Below are positions 38,638 to 52,321 of a stretch of 64,000 nt of DNA, one piece after another. The notes beneath the pieces are model-generated. The model made no database searches. It had not been told where the DNA came from and was given only the letters and a program-made list of their open reading frames with translations. Location of the stretch: positions 186,001 to 250,000 of the forward strand of contig NW_003314346.1 in assembly GCF_000143415.4 (NCBI RefSeq), read 5' to 3'. This DNA is from Selaginella moellendorffii (taxonomy: Eukaryota > Plantae > Lycopodiophyta). How positions within the stretch are numbered: the stretch's first letter is position 1; every line of letters begins with the position of its first letter. Made by a program: the position numbers and the translations under genes.

Positions 38638-40681
38638 TATTCCTTTACTAAGTTTCTAATGTATTTTATTTCAAGGTGAACAATCCGAATCTGAATCAGA
38701 GGAGGCGTGATGGCATGTGGCCCTTTGCACTAGTATATCTTAATACCGGTCTGAGAAATAGAATGGCATGTGCCCTCAAGCCTTTTACTAAATCACCTTT
38801 GAAAGAAATGCAAGCCTCTATGTCGTAAAAAAAAGGTACTAGAGAAATTCCTTAATAATATGAATGTTATTTAGTTTCATGAAAATACACTAAGGGTCAA
38901 ATGAGTTAAATGACTTCTCCAGACTAGCAATGCCTCTTGCTACACCTTCACAATTAGATTCGTTAGAAAAAGATAACATTGAATAATATCTAAATGTTCT
39001 CACCATTAAGTTATATGTCTGGCTAATAGGAATGACGTTCATCTTGGAAAGCTCACCACACGCTCAATGAACAAACAAATAGTGTGTGTGCGCATGCCAT
39101 CGCTCTTCTTTAGCTTCAGATTCGACTTGTTCACCTTGACAATGAGATTTATTATACAACCAGATGGACTCAGTCTGGACACAAAGTCACCGCGCGAGTC
39201 ACCATGCCCCAGATATGTCTAGCCCCTGGACAAAAAACATATAATTTCACGTCATTTTCAAATACTTGAAAATTTGTACCTAGTCCCATTTTACTGAATA
39301 AATCCCACTTTAACGAAATAGAGCTTATTAGTGTTCTTCGCCTAACTTTGTCACTTGGATTCCTTCCAAGGGATTCCACGGCCCTATCTTGGCCACTCAT
39401 CTTTTGCTCTTATCCGTTGATTGTTGCACCAAGCAACATCGAATCTCTACCTCCCTCCTTGAGGTTTAGGACCATCCGTTGACTCTACTTGAGTCATCCA
39501 GCAATTTTGGACTTGGTTAATCCACAGACCCGTAAGGTCCTACTTGTGAGGCACTAGCTCACTGGAATACACTTCTTGCATTCCTGTCCTACTCAAAAGG
39601 ACTATTTTCACAAGTGTTACTCCGACACTTGATTTTGTTCTCTGGGGGCAACCTTTGCCCCTTAGGACTACTTGTCCATGTGATGAGAACACCAACTCAT
39701 CCACTTAATACACCCCGAACTCCTGGGGTTGTTCCAGCATTTATTAGAGGTAGCCCCGGCTACCTTTTCAAGGACTTGAGTCCTCTTCCGTATTTGACCT
39801 CCCACGGTCATTACTTCTGGTCTCACATTCATGAGCACCAACCTCAACTATATGAGGAAAATCTTGTGACTCCTTTATTGCTTTGGAGTCTTTATCTTTC
39901 CCGTGATCCCAACTTTAGTTGTTTCCCACAACAACCTTAGCCAATTTGCTGAGACAAATGCTCATTCGGATCACACCCTCAACTCAATGAGGAAAACCTT
40001 GCACTATTCCCAAGATCCCAAAGTCGTTCCATTATTGGCCCTTTTCTATCCACCACCTCGTCTACAAGTTCACACATGAACTGTAATGGAGAGCCATGTC
40101 TTCCCGACTTGCTACTCCTCAAGGATAGGCCCACTCCTCGGACCTTCCGATGCCAACACTAGTGGTGATATACTTGAGCACCAATAAAAGTCAGACTAAG
40201 GAACAGCTCCGATACCAAATTGTAAACGACTAAATTTTCCATTCTACTTTAGTCACTTAACCACACCTTCGACCACTTGGAGGAGTCTCACTCACAACCT
40301 CCTTAGCCCAATTCAGGACTTGGGACTTGCTAGCCCCGAGAATGGCATCCTTGCCACTCAACACTTGCACATGGTCCAAGTGCTCCACGTGTCCGGTCCC
40401 AAGACCGACACCCAAAGGTACCACTGACATCTCGGCCCGTTACGCTAAGGCCATGCCCACTCACTTTTGTTGCACTAGTGGTCCAATACCACTGGCATCA
40501 CCATCCCGTCTCGCCAAGACTGGGCCATGTGTCCACGAGGGGTCATCCTAGATCCACTCCTTAGCATCCTTAGGATGCCCACAGACCTGGGGAATCGCCT
40601 TCCCCAAAGTCCCTTTTTCAGTTCCTACCAAGTCCCTTTTTGCCCCTGGCCGTGTTTGACAACACTGCCACTGGATCGAGG

Positions 40682-40708
40682 TTTAGGTTTAGGGTTTAGG
40701 GTTTAGGG
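40682..40708 (+). repeat. Telomere-type repeat at a rearrangement junction inside an LTR
   Basis: TTTAGG TTTAGGG TTTAGGG TTTAGGG between two duplicated ~360-bp LTR segments; absent from the other family A LTRs. Confidence 0.92.
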
Positions 40709-43700
40709 ACTTGCTAGCCCCGAGAATGGCATCCATGCCACTTAACATTTGCACTTGGTCCAAGTGCTCCACGTGTCTGATCCCATGACCGACACTCAAA
40801 GGTACCACCGACATAGCAGCCCGTTACGCTAAGGCCATGCCCAATCACCTTTGCCACACTGGTAGTCCAATACCACTTGCATCACAGTCTTGGCTCTCCA
40901 AGACTAGGCAAACCATCCGTGAGTGGTCATCTCAGATCCACTCCTTAGCACCCTTAGGAGGCCCACCGATAAGAGGAATAGCCTTCCCCAATATCCCTCT
41001 ATCAGTCCCCACTAAGTCCCTTTCTGCCCCTGGTCGTGTTTGCCAACACTGCCACTGGATCGAGGCCCACAGGCCCGACCACTAAGTCCCACAGTCCTCT
41101 GGGACTTCCTCACCACACGACTGTGTCCTTGGTCACTACCCCAGAGGACTGCTCCTCTTCCTTTCCACAGTCTGGGCCTTTGGGACAACATTTCGGAACA
41201 CCGTGGCCTTACGCGAGCCACATGGGTACTCTCCTCGCCTTCTGCCCTTGGGTGCTCTAGCCATGGGCTTAGAGCGAGGTTCCGTTGAGCCACGCCTGGT
41301 ATCCAAGTAGGTAGTGCCACCCACACTTGGACTGGGAGCATCGGCCAGTCGATCTCCCGGGGGAACTAGAGCCGGCTCTTGAACACTTCACCAAGCTACC
41401 CCGCTTGTCGGTCCGTGTTCACTCTAGTCTTGGACTTCCCAGTGGGCAGCTCATCACCCAACACTGGGTCCGGCCTTCCTGGGCCAAACTGGCCTTTCCT
41501 GGCCAAACTGGCTCCACTGCAGTCCTCCCCCTTACTATACTTTTGGAGCTCACCAAACCCCCTAGGGTCTGGGAGACGAACGCTTTGGGCTTTCACCCTC
41601 TCAGGCTCCGGACTCGGACTCGGACTCGGACTCGGACTCGGGCTCGGGCTCGGTCTCGGTCTCGGCCTCGGCCTCGATCTCGGTCCCGGTCCCGATCTCG
41701 GTCTCGGTCTCGGTCTCGGTCCGGGTCTCGGTCCCGGTCTCGGTCTCGACTTCGGACTCCATCTCGGACTCCATCTCGGACTCCATCTCGGGTCCATCTC
41801 GGACTCCACTTCGGACTCCAACTCGGGTCCATCTCGGGTCCACCTCGGACTCCATCTCGGACTCCATCTCGGACTCCATCTCGGACTCCACTTCGGACTC
41901 CAACTCGGGTCCATCTCGGGTCCACCTCGGACTCCACTTCGGACTCCAACTCGGGTCCATCTCGGACTCCACTTCGGACTCCAACTCGAGTCCATCTCAG
42001 ACTCCACTTCGGACTCCAACTCGAGTCCATCTTGGACACTCCCACGTGTCATGTGTTGGTCCTTTTGGGTCCCTTTTTGGAGCCTCGCCTTTTGCTCGCT
42101 TCGTGCTCGTTCCTCGAGCACTTCGTTGGGAGTTCCACTCCCGCTCTTGACTTTTCAAGTCAGAGCTTTTGGTCCAAACGTGTTACGCTCGTTTGGCTCT
42201 CGCTTCGGCCACTACCATGTGGCGCCCTTCCGGCTCCACTTTGGGGCCTAGGGATTTTGTGTCTCACAATAGGCATTGCCCATAGTGTTGCTTGATTGAT
42301 GATCAAGTCATTGTGATTTATATCATATCCATGTGATAATGAGCAATATGTTTACGAAGTTGCTTGGGTAAATGATGATCAACCCCAAAGTGGTTGATGG
42401 AGAAGCTAGTCTACTTGCACGAAGTAGCATTGTAGTAGCTTTGACTAAATTCTTAATGATGGTCCATTATGCTAAGCTTAAGTTGGCACCTTGTTTCCTT
42501 GAGTTTGCCCATTAGATGTTGGAAAAGAGTTAAAGCATTCACTTGCTATGGCTTGTTGGTTGATCTGTTAGCACTTGGAGTAGATTGTTGGATGGAGAAG
42601 ATGTGTAGTTAGGGCATTGACATCACTAGCACTTGTGTTAGTGGAAGTGGCATTGTTACTTCGAGTGATGAGGAATTTTCCTTGGACCTTGATTTTCTAT
42701 GTCATTTTTTTTGTTAGTGTTTTGACTTCACATTAGATCTTGAAGGTGATTGAAGAAGGGTGTTAGTGTAATGTGGATATCCAAAGATGTGGTCTTCGTG
42801 ATCAAGCCTTAGATGTTCATTTTGCACTTTGTGGATGTTGGTGTTGGATATCGGTTAGATGGACAAAGATGTTTGATGCTTAAGCATACTATTGGGTCAT
42901 GAGAATTTGTGTTAAAGTGAATCTATGTGAAGTTGTTAGTAAGAGGAAGTTTGTTGAATTTTGAAAGTTTGTATTCCTAGACTGAGAGTTATTCTTTCTC
43001 TGGGATGGAAAATTTTCCACAAATTTTCTTAGACTTTTCCAATAGCTGATCTGTTGATCACTTTGTTCGAAAACCATTCCATTTTCATAAGCCAGTACAA
43101 ACTAGTGAAGGGGTTGGAGTTGACTTTGGTTAGCTTAGACTTTAATAGATAGTTTGTATGATGAAACCTGAAAGGGATGCTAACTTTTGGGGCTAAGGCA
43201 ATTGAGTTGGATAGAGTCTGGAGTTGGTGTACCTTACATTTCGTTAGACTCTATGAGAGTAGTGAGCTCTCACTGATCTTGACTTGGTCTTGGTAGCCTT
43301 GTGCCTTGGCTGAGGATGGTGATATCCAACTTAGTTGTTTGAGGTTGAGATGTTGGTACCCATACTATAGCTTTGTCTATGAGGAGGTTGTGTACCAATA
43401 TGAGTCCATCTCATGGTCTACACTTTAGTTTCAACTAAGTGTTGATTATGTATAGCTAGCCTCTTCAAGGCATGCTCAGAGCTATTGATTAGACGTGTTG
43501 GTGAGCTTATTGCGGTTGAGTTGGATTCGAGTGGTCATTTGGTTCGTGCTTGTCCATGAACCTTTATCTCGTACTAGGATATTAAGTTCATGTTAAACAA
43601 ATATATAACTTGATGGTATGAGTTTAGTGTTTGGGTCTTGTGAAGGCACGTTGAAGAGTGATTGTTGGTTGTTTTGCGACTAGTGATTGTTTGTAGGCTT

Positions 43701-46700
43701 TGTCAAAGACTTTTGACACTTGCTTCACTTGATGATGATTTAGCATGATGGGTTTGCTTTACCAGATGGTGTTGCAGAGGATCGTGTTGTTGGCATTACA
43801 TGGTTTTCCATGTTAGCATATTGACTCTACCTCTGTCGATATCATTTAGTTGGGTTTAGTCTATGGTGTTGGATTTCATTGAGTCTTGGACGTGGTGATT
43901 CACTCCTTGAAGATGTATTATTTGTAGCTAGGTATTGTTGAAGGATTAGTCTCGAATACTAAATATAGTATTTTCGACTTTGGTTAGCTTGGTTACTAAA
44001 GAGCTTTGAGTGGTGATTCACTCTTACTTTCTTCTAGCTTTGTTATGGTGTTGATGGCATTGAAGTGATGCTTTGTCATTGACATTGTTGATATTGAGAT
44101 CTGAGTGAAATGAGATATCTTTCCAGGGATTGATATTGAATTTCATTAGTCTTGATGAAGATAGTGTTGATGATTTAGCTTCTTTGTGTTGTTGGCATTC
44201 ATACATTTGCTAATTAGCAACTGTGTTGACGTTCAAATGAACTGAGTGGCAAGTTGAGTTAGTTGTGTTTTAGATGAGGTTGCTTAGTAGGGGTTGAGCT
44301 TTGAGCTTTTCTTTGAAAGTGATTTAGCCATGGATTATGCTAACTTTACAAGACGAAGAGTTAGTGATTGATATTGAATGATTGAATCTTTGTTGGAGTT
44401 GAGTTGGAATATATTGATCATTAATGATTCTTTTTGTGCTTGTTATGAAGTGAGTTACGTTTTGCTATAGATGGATTCATAGAGGATCGTTTAGTGATCA
44501 CTTGTTGAGCATAGCTTCATTATGTTTAGCTTTTGGATTGATGTAGACATGCTCTTCATTAGCTTTGGCATTATGAAGTTTAGCTTATGGATGTGTTGAG
44601 AAAGATATTGTGGGTTATACCCTGATTTCTTCTTTAGCATTGAAGTTAGTTCATGCAAGACTTATGATCATTATAAACAAAGACTTAGCTATAGGCTTCT
44701 TCAAGTTTTTGATTCTTTGAGTTTTTATGCTCAATGTTCCATTTGTTAAAAGTTATTGGGGAAGGCATTTTGGCTCATTAGCTTCGATGTTGAAGTTGGC
44801 TTTTGCATCTAGCAATCATTGGTGATGATTGACTATCATCTAGGATAATTGATTTTTCAATGATAGTGATCTTGGTGGTTCCTATACTCAACAACTAGTT
44901 TATTAGATGATACCTTACTTGGAATACTTTTGTGTTCTAATCTAAGATATATTCACTGATAATTACGACTCTAAGATATCATTGTCTATGACTTTGATAT
45001 TATCCATCTATTAATCTTTGAGTTTGGGCCAGTATAGGCAGGCTGGCTTTGGCACTTCGTGTGCATGTTGAAATCTCAAGTCATGGGGTAGCTACTATCG
45101 ACTGGTCACATCACCCGCCTCTCTGTCGGTGTTCCTTATTCCATTAAAAGGGCGTGACTGTGTAAACAACTCTAATTGCCTATTTACAGTAGTCTATCTA
45201 AACCTTACCGATGGGTTTGGTTTCTTTGCTCATGAGGGTTGGGGCCTTCGGCTTCTCTCTCTATGTCTTTGCGGGCAAGGGCATATCACACTTTTGTAAG
45301 CTGGGTGACTCCCAGAGCAGCAAGGGTGGTTAACTTTGTTGGTAATTTTCCTTGTCAGCGACGGCCGGAAGGTGTCTGAGGTGGTAGCGCATCCGCGTTA
45401 GACAAAGAGGTTACCCCCTAACTCATTTAAGTTGGTGCATTTCTTACATAGTGTGAGTACCGTGAACTTTTTCTGGAGTTGTTTCCTTGGCAGTATTCTA
45501 GACTGGAATATGCATCAATGAGGACATCGATCTTCCCCAAGGGGGGGAGAGTGTCGCGAATGTGACTTTGAGTATCGAAAGTTACCTGTTGACCAGTCCT
45601 TTCGGATATTCTTTCCTTACTACAACGATGGCAGGAGGTCGGTATTGCTGGATCCGTTATCAGTCTCTGTCTGAGCTAGTTGAGAAACTGGTCATCACAT
45701 GCGCACTTAGACCGGAAGGGCACTAAGGAAGGAAATCCTAAGTTGTCATTTGTCAAGCAAACTTGACACGGTGATGAGAAACTTATGATGTTGACTTGCA
45801 TTTACTAGTGTTGGGAACCCTTGCAATATTGAGCTTGGTCCCTCAATATTCGCTAGATGATAGCTTACTGTGTTTGCTAAACACCCTCGCTATCATGCCC
45901 TTTGTGTTAGTCTCATTTCGGTCCCAAATGCTATTTATGAAAAGTGTCCAGATTTGCTCATTTACATATTTACGGAATGTAGAGATGGGCCTGAACACAA
46001 TGGAGTTCGTCCCGTGTCCAAATTCACAATTTAGGGACATTCTATATTTAGTAAGTTTCGAGCTTGACCCAGAGACTAACTCCTGATACTAAGGGAAGCT
46101 TGGGGTGAAAGCCCAAAGCGTGTGTTCCTCAAGGGGGGGGGGCGGGGGGGGGGGGGCTTTGGGGGGTTCCCAATGTATAATAAGGTTAATGGGTAGGTCT
46201 GGCATGGCTGACCCACCTAAGGCATAGTCTAGCTCCCCCTTGCGGGCTTGTCCTTGTTCTGCGTCCGGGTTGGGTCTAAACCCAAGTTTCATTCCATGCT
46301 AACTGGGGGAGTACCCATGCTCTCACGTTACGCCACCGGTATGCCGAAATAGCGCCAGACTCCGTTTGGCTGTGTTTTGCGTGCTGGTCTTGGCATTAGG
46401 ATGTTGGTTGCTCCAGGACTATTCCAAGTTGCTCCGGGCTCTTGTCCCTTCACTCCTTGGGTTGTATGCTCCAGAGTTGCTTCGTGGTTCGGTTCCCATC
46501 ACTCCTTGGCTCCATGCTTGGGAGTTTGGCACCGTTCCTTCGGTTCAGTAGGCCCAAGGCCCTCAACCTCGGGTTCCACAACCACTGTTCCTTTGGACAC
46601 GTGGCATTGTGACATTGTGGCATCTGTCACGTGGCATAAAGAGGGTTTAGGTTCCGCTTCGTGGTGTAATCCTATGGTAAATCACTATAGGATAAAGGGT

Positions 46701-46725
46701 AAAAACCATGTGCATTAACAGTATG

Positions 46726-49314
46726 TTAAGGTTACTAACCAGATCAAGGTAGCAGAGGAAGATGTCGAGAAGACAACCTGTCGAACATGGTATGGGAGTT
46801 TTGAGTTTTTGGTGATGCCCTTTGGGCTATGCAATGCACCGGCAATGTTTTCAGCGCTGATGAACCACATCTTTGTACCCTATCTAGATCACTTCATGGT
46901 CGTGTATATTGACGACATCCTGATCTATAGCGAGACGCTAGAAGAACATGCCAAACACTTAACGAAGGTGTTTGAGAAACTAAGGGAACACAAACTGTAT
47001 GCTAAAGAGAACAAATGCGACTTTGCTCAACAAAAGGTAAAGTTTCTCAGGCATGTGGTGGGCTAAGATGGGCTCAAGGTGGACCCTAAAATGGTCCAAA
47101 CGATCCAGGAATGGGAGTGACCATCGAATGTACATGAGTTGAGGGCGTTTTTGGGGTTATGCAACTGCTACCGAAAATTTATCAAACACTATTCAAGAGT
47201 AACCCTGCCTTTAACAGACCAAACGGGTAAAGGGAAGATGGTATAGACAGCGGAATGCAAGGCGGCATTTATCCACCTCAAAGAGAAGTTGAGGAAGACA
47301 CCCGTGTTAGTGTTACTTGACTTTGGTAAAGACGTTGAGGTAAAAATAGATGCTTTGGACTTTGCATTGGTTGTAGTTTTGAAGTAAGACAACCATCCAG
47401 TGGCATTGTTCTCGAAGAAGTTGGACAAGGCTCAGCAAAAGTGGCCTGCCCATGAGAAGGAATTATTTGTGGTGGTCAAGGTGCTCAAGGAGTGGCGACA
47501 CTACCTTCGGAGGCATTTCAAAGTTTACACGGATAATGTGGCAATGAAACACTTCTTGTCACAACCCGACATAAGAGGGAAATAAGGTCGGTGGGCCAAT
47601 GCTTTGGCTAAGTTTGATTGCGAAATTCTGTATAAACCTGGGAAGAGCAACATCGTGGCAGATGCTCTAAGTCGAAATGCAAGCTTGAAGTTGGTGATAT
47701 CTAGCATGACAACAACCTTTTGGGACGATGTGCGAACAGCATATGAGAACGATGGTCTAGCACAAGAAGTGTTACTGAGGAACCAAGAGGTGCGAGAAGC
47801 TCACCAAGGAGGCGAGTTGCTAATAGAAGAGAAAAAAGATTATATAGAATGTAATGGACTCATCTATTATAAAAAAACAAGGGTGTATGTTCCTGAAGGG
47901 GAACTAAAGAAGGTAGCCTTAGAAGAGTGTCATGACGGACCTCTTGCAAGACACAGCAGAGTGCCCAAGATGATGGGCTTACTCAAGAGGAAGCATCACT
48001 AGCCAGATATGGCTAAGGACGTTCAAGATTATGTAAAGATATGTCTAACATGTCAACAAGTCAAAGCCGTGACTAAGGCTAGTGGGGGCTTGTTACAAAG
48101 CATCCCAATTCCAAATCGGCCGTGGAAATGTCTTATGATAGACTTCATCACAGAACTCCCTCCAAGTGAGGGGTTCGATGCGATATTCGTGGTGGTGGAA
48201 CAATTTTCGAAGATGGCACATTTCATACCCACCACAATGGAAGTGGATGCGGAAGGTGTGATAAAGCTGTTCTTCAAACAAGTGGTTCGAGTGTGGGGAA
48301 GGCCAGAAGAGATCATCTCAGATCGAGATAAGATCTTCACCAGTAGGTTCTAGAGGACTCTCCTAGAATAGTATTACACCAAGTTGAAATTCAACACAAC
48401 CTATCACTCACAAATAAGTATTGGGTATTAAGTTAAGTTTGATGGCACTAACACTTCTTGACAGACAGACGAACAGAAAGGGTGAATAGGCAGCTGGAGA
48501 ATTATTTGCCATGTTATTTCTCAGGAGATTAGACCGATTGGGTAAGTCATTTGGGACTTGCGGAAATGTGCTATAACAACTCACCACACTCGAGTATCAG
48601 GGTGAGTCCATGAGAAGTCATCAATGGGAGCTATTGAAAGTGCTGTGGAACTTGGCGTGGCTGAGTATTATGGAGAGTTACTTGCAGTGGAGGCATTCAC
48701 GGCAAAAAGACTCAACATTTGGAATTTAGTGAGGGATTCCTTGGAACAGGCTCAACAAAGGCAAACCAAATACATGAACCAAAAGCGCCAGGATGTAGAG
48801 TTCCAAGTTGGGGAGAAGGTGTGGCTGAACACCAAGAACCTTAGGCTACCAAGTGGGATCAGCAGAAAGTTGACCCAAAGGTAAAAATGCATATATTCCT
48901 GTAAATGAATTGATCTTGAGTTCCTTAAGCAGGTTCGCAAGGCCTTACAAGATTGAGGTACGAATCGGTAAAGTGGCTTACCATCTCCGACTTCCTCAAA
49001 AGATGGGGAAGATGCACCTAATGTTCCACGTGAACTTGCTCAAGTCGTACTTTAAGGATCCGCTTCTCAAGGACCAAGTAAGACCTTTACCTGAGGTTAT
49101 CCAAGGGGAAGAGGAATACAAAGTCGAGGCCATCCTCAATGCGCACAAAAACAAGCAACAAGGACACGAGGTGAGAGAGTTCCATGTGAAGTGGAAAGGA
49201 TTTCCACACTGTGAAGCAACATGGGAACCAAAGAAGAACCTAGTGAATGCACGAGATCTAATGGAGGAATTTTTGCAAGGTAGAACTCTATGTACTTATG
49301 CAAAGTTCAATTAA
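46726..49314 (+). pseudogene. Decayed RT-RNaseH-integrase-chromodomain of family B, retaining both introns
   Basis: YIDDILIYS and chromodomain fragments; introns at 48418-48464 and 48881-48932. Confidence 0.9.
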
Positions 49315-49890
49315 AGTATCTAATTATGAAGTTGAGCAATGGCATATGTTGGGACCCGAAGGCGCGCGGAAGGTAAGTTAATTAGCATGGGTTAGCTAGG
49401 TCGACCAGGCATAAGGAACTACACCCAACTCCCCGCGGGGATGTCGAATCCGTAGACGTATTTTACTGAGGTTAGGTTCGAGTCCCAACCCCCTAGTAAA
49501 GCAAGGCTGAGTTCAAGTCCCGACCCCATACTAGGGCATGGTGAGGTGAGGGGTATAGGGACACCTATATTTTGTTGTCATGAGCTCTTGGCCGGGGAGG
49601 CTAACTTAGGCACACCGATAAGTGGGGGGATGCCCCTGAAGACATAGGCAACAAGTTGTAGGATTAAAATGAGACGTTCAATGTGGGCATCGAACTTCTT
49701 CTATGGGTGGTGAAGTTGTAAGGAACCAACTCCCTGAGATGTCGTAGGCTAAAGGATCCCCAAAAGCACAACCGATATGATAAAGAGTTCATCGAATGGG
49801 ACCGAGTTTGAGATCAAGTCCAAGATTGACTTTGAGGACTTAGTTAAAAAGCCAAGGTAGTGTTGGTTGGATAGACAAGGTAAGCTGGCA

Positions 49891-50491
49891 TCATCTCATG
49901 TTAATGATGACTTGGATGATGAAGAGGAAGAAATACTAATCAAAACCAAAAAGAAACAGACACAGGGAAAAGACATGAGACATGTATTGAAGAAGTTAAC
50001 TTTAACTAAACTTAAATAAAGAGTTTTTTGTACAAAATGCAAAAATGAAGGACAGTCTGTTTCAGACTGTAAATTCCATTTACCCAAATATCAGATTTAT
50101 GATAGAGAAGGACATATAGCCAAGAATTGTCAATAGAGAAATACCACTGAAGTTTCAAGAGTGGAAAATGTTCAACGAGGACCACCACGACAAAATTATC
50201 AAGGAAACAACAAACAAGAACAAAGACCACCAAGAAACTATTATTACCAAGATAATCAACAATATAATCAAGGATATAATCCCCCACGAAATCAAAACTA
50301 TAGTCCAGGACAAAATAATTATAAAGGCAATTACAACCAACAACGATACAATGGACAACTAAACAATTATCAACATCCATAAGGGAACAACTACAACCAA
50401 AGCCAACAAAGGCAATATAACAATTATAACAATTAAGCATCGCAACAAAATTATCAACCAAGACAAAATCAACCACAAGAAAATCAAACTA
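49891..50491 (+). pseudogene. Relic gag (degenerate zinc knuckles plus Q/N-rich linker) of an older retroelement
   Basis: FCTKCKNEGQSVSDC and ...REGHIAKNC-like translations followed by a Q/N/Y-rich ORF (50161-50382). Confidence 0.5.
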
Positions 50492-51151
50492 AAGCTCTAT
50501 TTCGTTAAAGTGGGATTTATTCAGTAAAATGGGACTAGGTACAAATTTTCAAGTATTTGAAAATGACGTGAAATTATATGTTTTTTGTCCAGGGGCTAAA
50601 CATATCTAGGGCATGGTGACTAGCGCGGTGACTTTGTGTCCAGACTGAGTCCATCTGGTTGTATAATAAATCTCATTGTCAAGGTGAACAAGCCGAATCT
50701 GAAGCTAAAGAAGAGTGATGGCATGCGCGCGCACACTATTTGTTTATTCATTGAGCGTGTGGTGAGCTTTCCAAGATGAACGTCATTCCTATTAGCCAGA
50801 CATATAACTTAATGGTGAGAACATTTAGATATTATTCAATGTTATCTTTTTCTAACGAATCTAATTGTGAAGGTGTAGCAAGAGGCATTGCTAGTCTGGA
50901 GAAGTCATTTAACTCATTTGACCCTTAGTGTATTTTCATGAAACTAAATAACATTCATATTATTAAGGAATTTCTCTAGTACCTTTTTTTTACGACATAG
51001 AGGCTTGCATTTCTTTCAAAGGTGATTTAGTAAAAGGCCTGAGGGCACATGCCATTCTATTTCTCAGACCGGTATTAAGATATACTAGTGCAAAGGGAAA
51101 AAGGTATTTGGTGATCAAGTAAATGGCATGAGGGCACACGCCATTATAAGC

Positions 51152-51409
51152 CTAAGCGCTAGTGGACACCTCCTTTTTGGTACTCTCAGCGGTACTATCA
51201 TCCTTCTCCGGGTCAGTTGTTTTGCTTTGGATTGTTGTCTCTGACGTTACTGGGGCGTTCTCGATAGTTGTTAATGTTGCCGTTTGTTCAGAAAAATGAT
51301 CACCTGGAGTATAGTACGGGGAGTTTGGAAGACTTATATATTCTACATCTTCACCTATCTCCTTCTCCGTCTCCTTTTCTGCCTCATTTACAGATTTTGT
51401 GCTTGCCAT
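51152..51409 (-). CDS. Small acidic/Thr-rich ORF (~85 aa) in the extra segment of Sola copy 3
   Basis: MASTKSVNEAEKETEKE...; upstream CTATAT and a possible UTR intron; no homology recognised. Confidence 0.3.
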   Translation of the reverse strand: MASTKSVNEAEKETEKEIGEDVEYISLPNSPYYTPGDHFSEQTATLTTIENAPVTSETTIQSKTTDPEKDDSTAESTKKEVSTSA

Positions 51410-51610
51410 GAGAACGCTCTTCACCCTAAAATATGGAGTTCGTTGTGTTATAAAAGGAAACCAACACACACGCTGCAAGGGAATGATGGTGTAAGCAACC
51501 AAAGGGAACGACTTGAGAGACGATCCATGGGGTTCAAATATAGAGGGAAAGGGCCCATGAACAAGAGTGCACCCCCTTTTCCAATCGGTTAAGGGTCTTG
51601 GGATATTTAG

Positions 51611-51666
51611 AGTTAAGCGTCCTTGGGTTTGAATAGTACTGGGCTGGGTGACCTCCCGGGAAGTCC
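51611..51666 (+). promoter_or_regulatory. 5S rRNA-derived internal control region (A box, intermediate element, C box)
   Basis: AGTTAAGCGTCCTTGGGTTTGAATAGTACTGGGCTGGGTGACCTCCCGGGAAGTCC matches about 49/56 nt of the angiosperm 5S ICR as recalled; flanks are not 5S. Confidence 0.85.
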
Positions 51667-52321
51667 AAACTCAGGAGTTTACAGATGGTACATAAAGCGC
51701 GTAAGCCCACAATATGGGTTTATGTGCCATTAATATGGGCCACACGCCATATTATTAGATTTATGCACGTGTGATTGGTAAATGCATATGTCACATCATC
51801 TTTGTTTTACCTTACACACTATATCAGGCCTAATGAACCATATCACATGTGCGCACATGCTATATATATGGAGAAGTATTATGCAAGGATAGAAAAATTC
51901 AATGCATGATTGTGGAGAGCAATGGCATGAAGCCACATGCTAAATAACATTTTAGAGAAAGAATTAAAATAGAAACATGCAAACAGTACTGAGTGGACCA
52001 AGACTTAGAAGTGCACAATTGAATGAGGTATTTCTAATAAATATTTCACTCACCTCATATAGGAATGGCTACCACTCTCAAATGGCGTATCACCTCATGC
52101 CATCACCTCGCAATTTGTTATAACAATCCGATGAATTCATATTCGGCTTGTTCACCTTGAACTTTAAGTAAGATTTGTTAGAACAACTAAGAATTTATAC
52201 TTGTTATTTGTATCATCTCACCTAGGAATGGCATAAGGCCACATGCCATCATGCCTCCTCTGATTCAGATTCGGATTGTTCACCTTGAAATAAAATACAT
52301 TACAAACTTAGTAAAGGAATA

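Larger units (their letters stand above)
31530..39326 (+). mobile_element. Sola1-like DNA transposon, copy 2
   Basis: Same 24-bp TIRs; TSD ATTA (31526-31529 and 39327-39330). Empty site is present at ~4490. Confidence 0.92.
29113..42268 (-). mobile_element. Family A element (internally deleted) nested in element C
   Basis: TSD ATAGG (29108-29112 and 42269-42273), 3' LTR 29113-30886, PPT 30887-30898, PBS 40206-40217, chimeric 5' LTR 40221-42268. ~2.5 kb internal deletion at ~39465. Confidence 0.9.
27002..46720 (+). mobile_element. Family C non-autonomous LTR element
   Basis: LTRs 27002-28081 and 45552-46720 (TGTCGC...ACA), TSD GTATG (26997-27001 and 46721-46725), PBS TGGTATCAGAG 28084-28094, PPT AAGGGGGGGAGAG 45539-45551. 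T/G-rich internal region with no ORF. Confidence 0.88.
14089..49890 (+). mobile_element. Decayed family B chromovirus acting as host for nested insertions
   Basis: 5' LTR 14089-24951 (split by Sola copy 1), PBS TGGTATCGAAGC 24955-24966, gag-pol with many stops 25011-27001 and 46726-49314, PPT, then a truncated 3' LTR from 49717. Collinear with 55737-63263. Confidence 0.88.

Noticed and set aside
51560-51690. Complete 5S rRNA gene or Cassandra TRIM
   Set aside because: Only the ~56-nt ICR matches; no 5S termini and no LTR pair, PBS or TSD around it.
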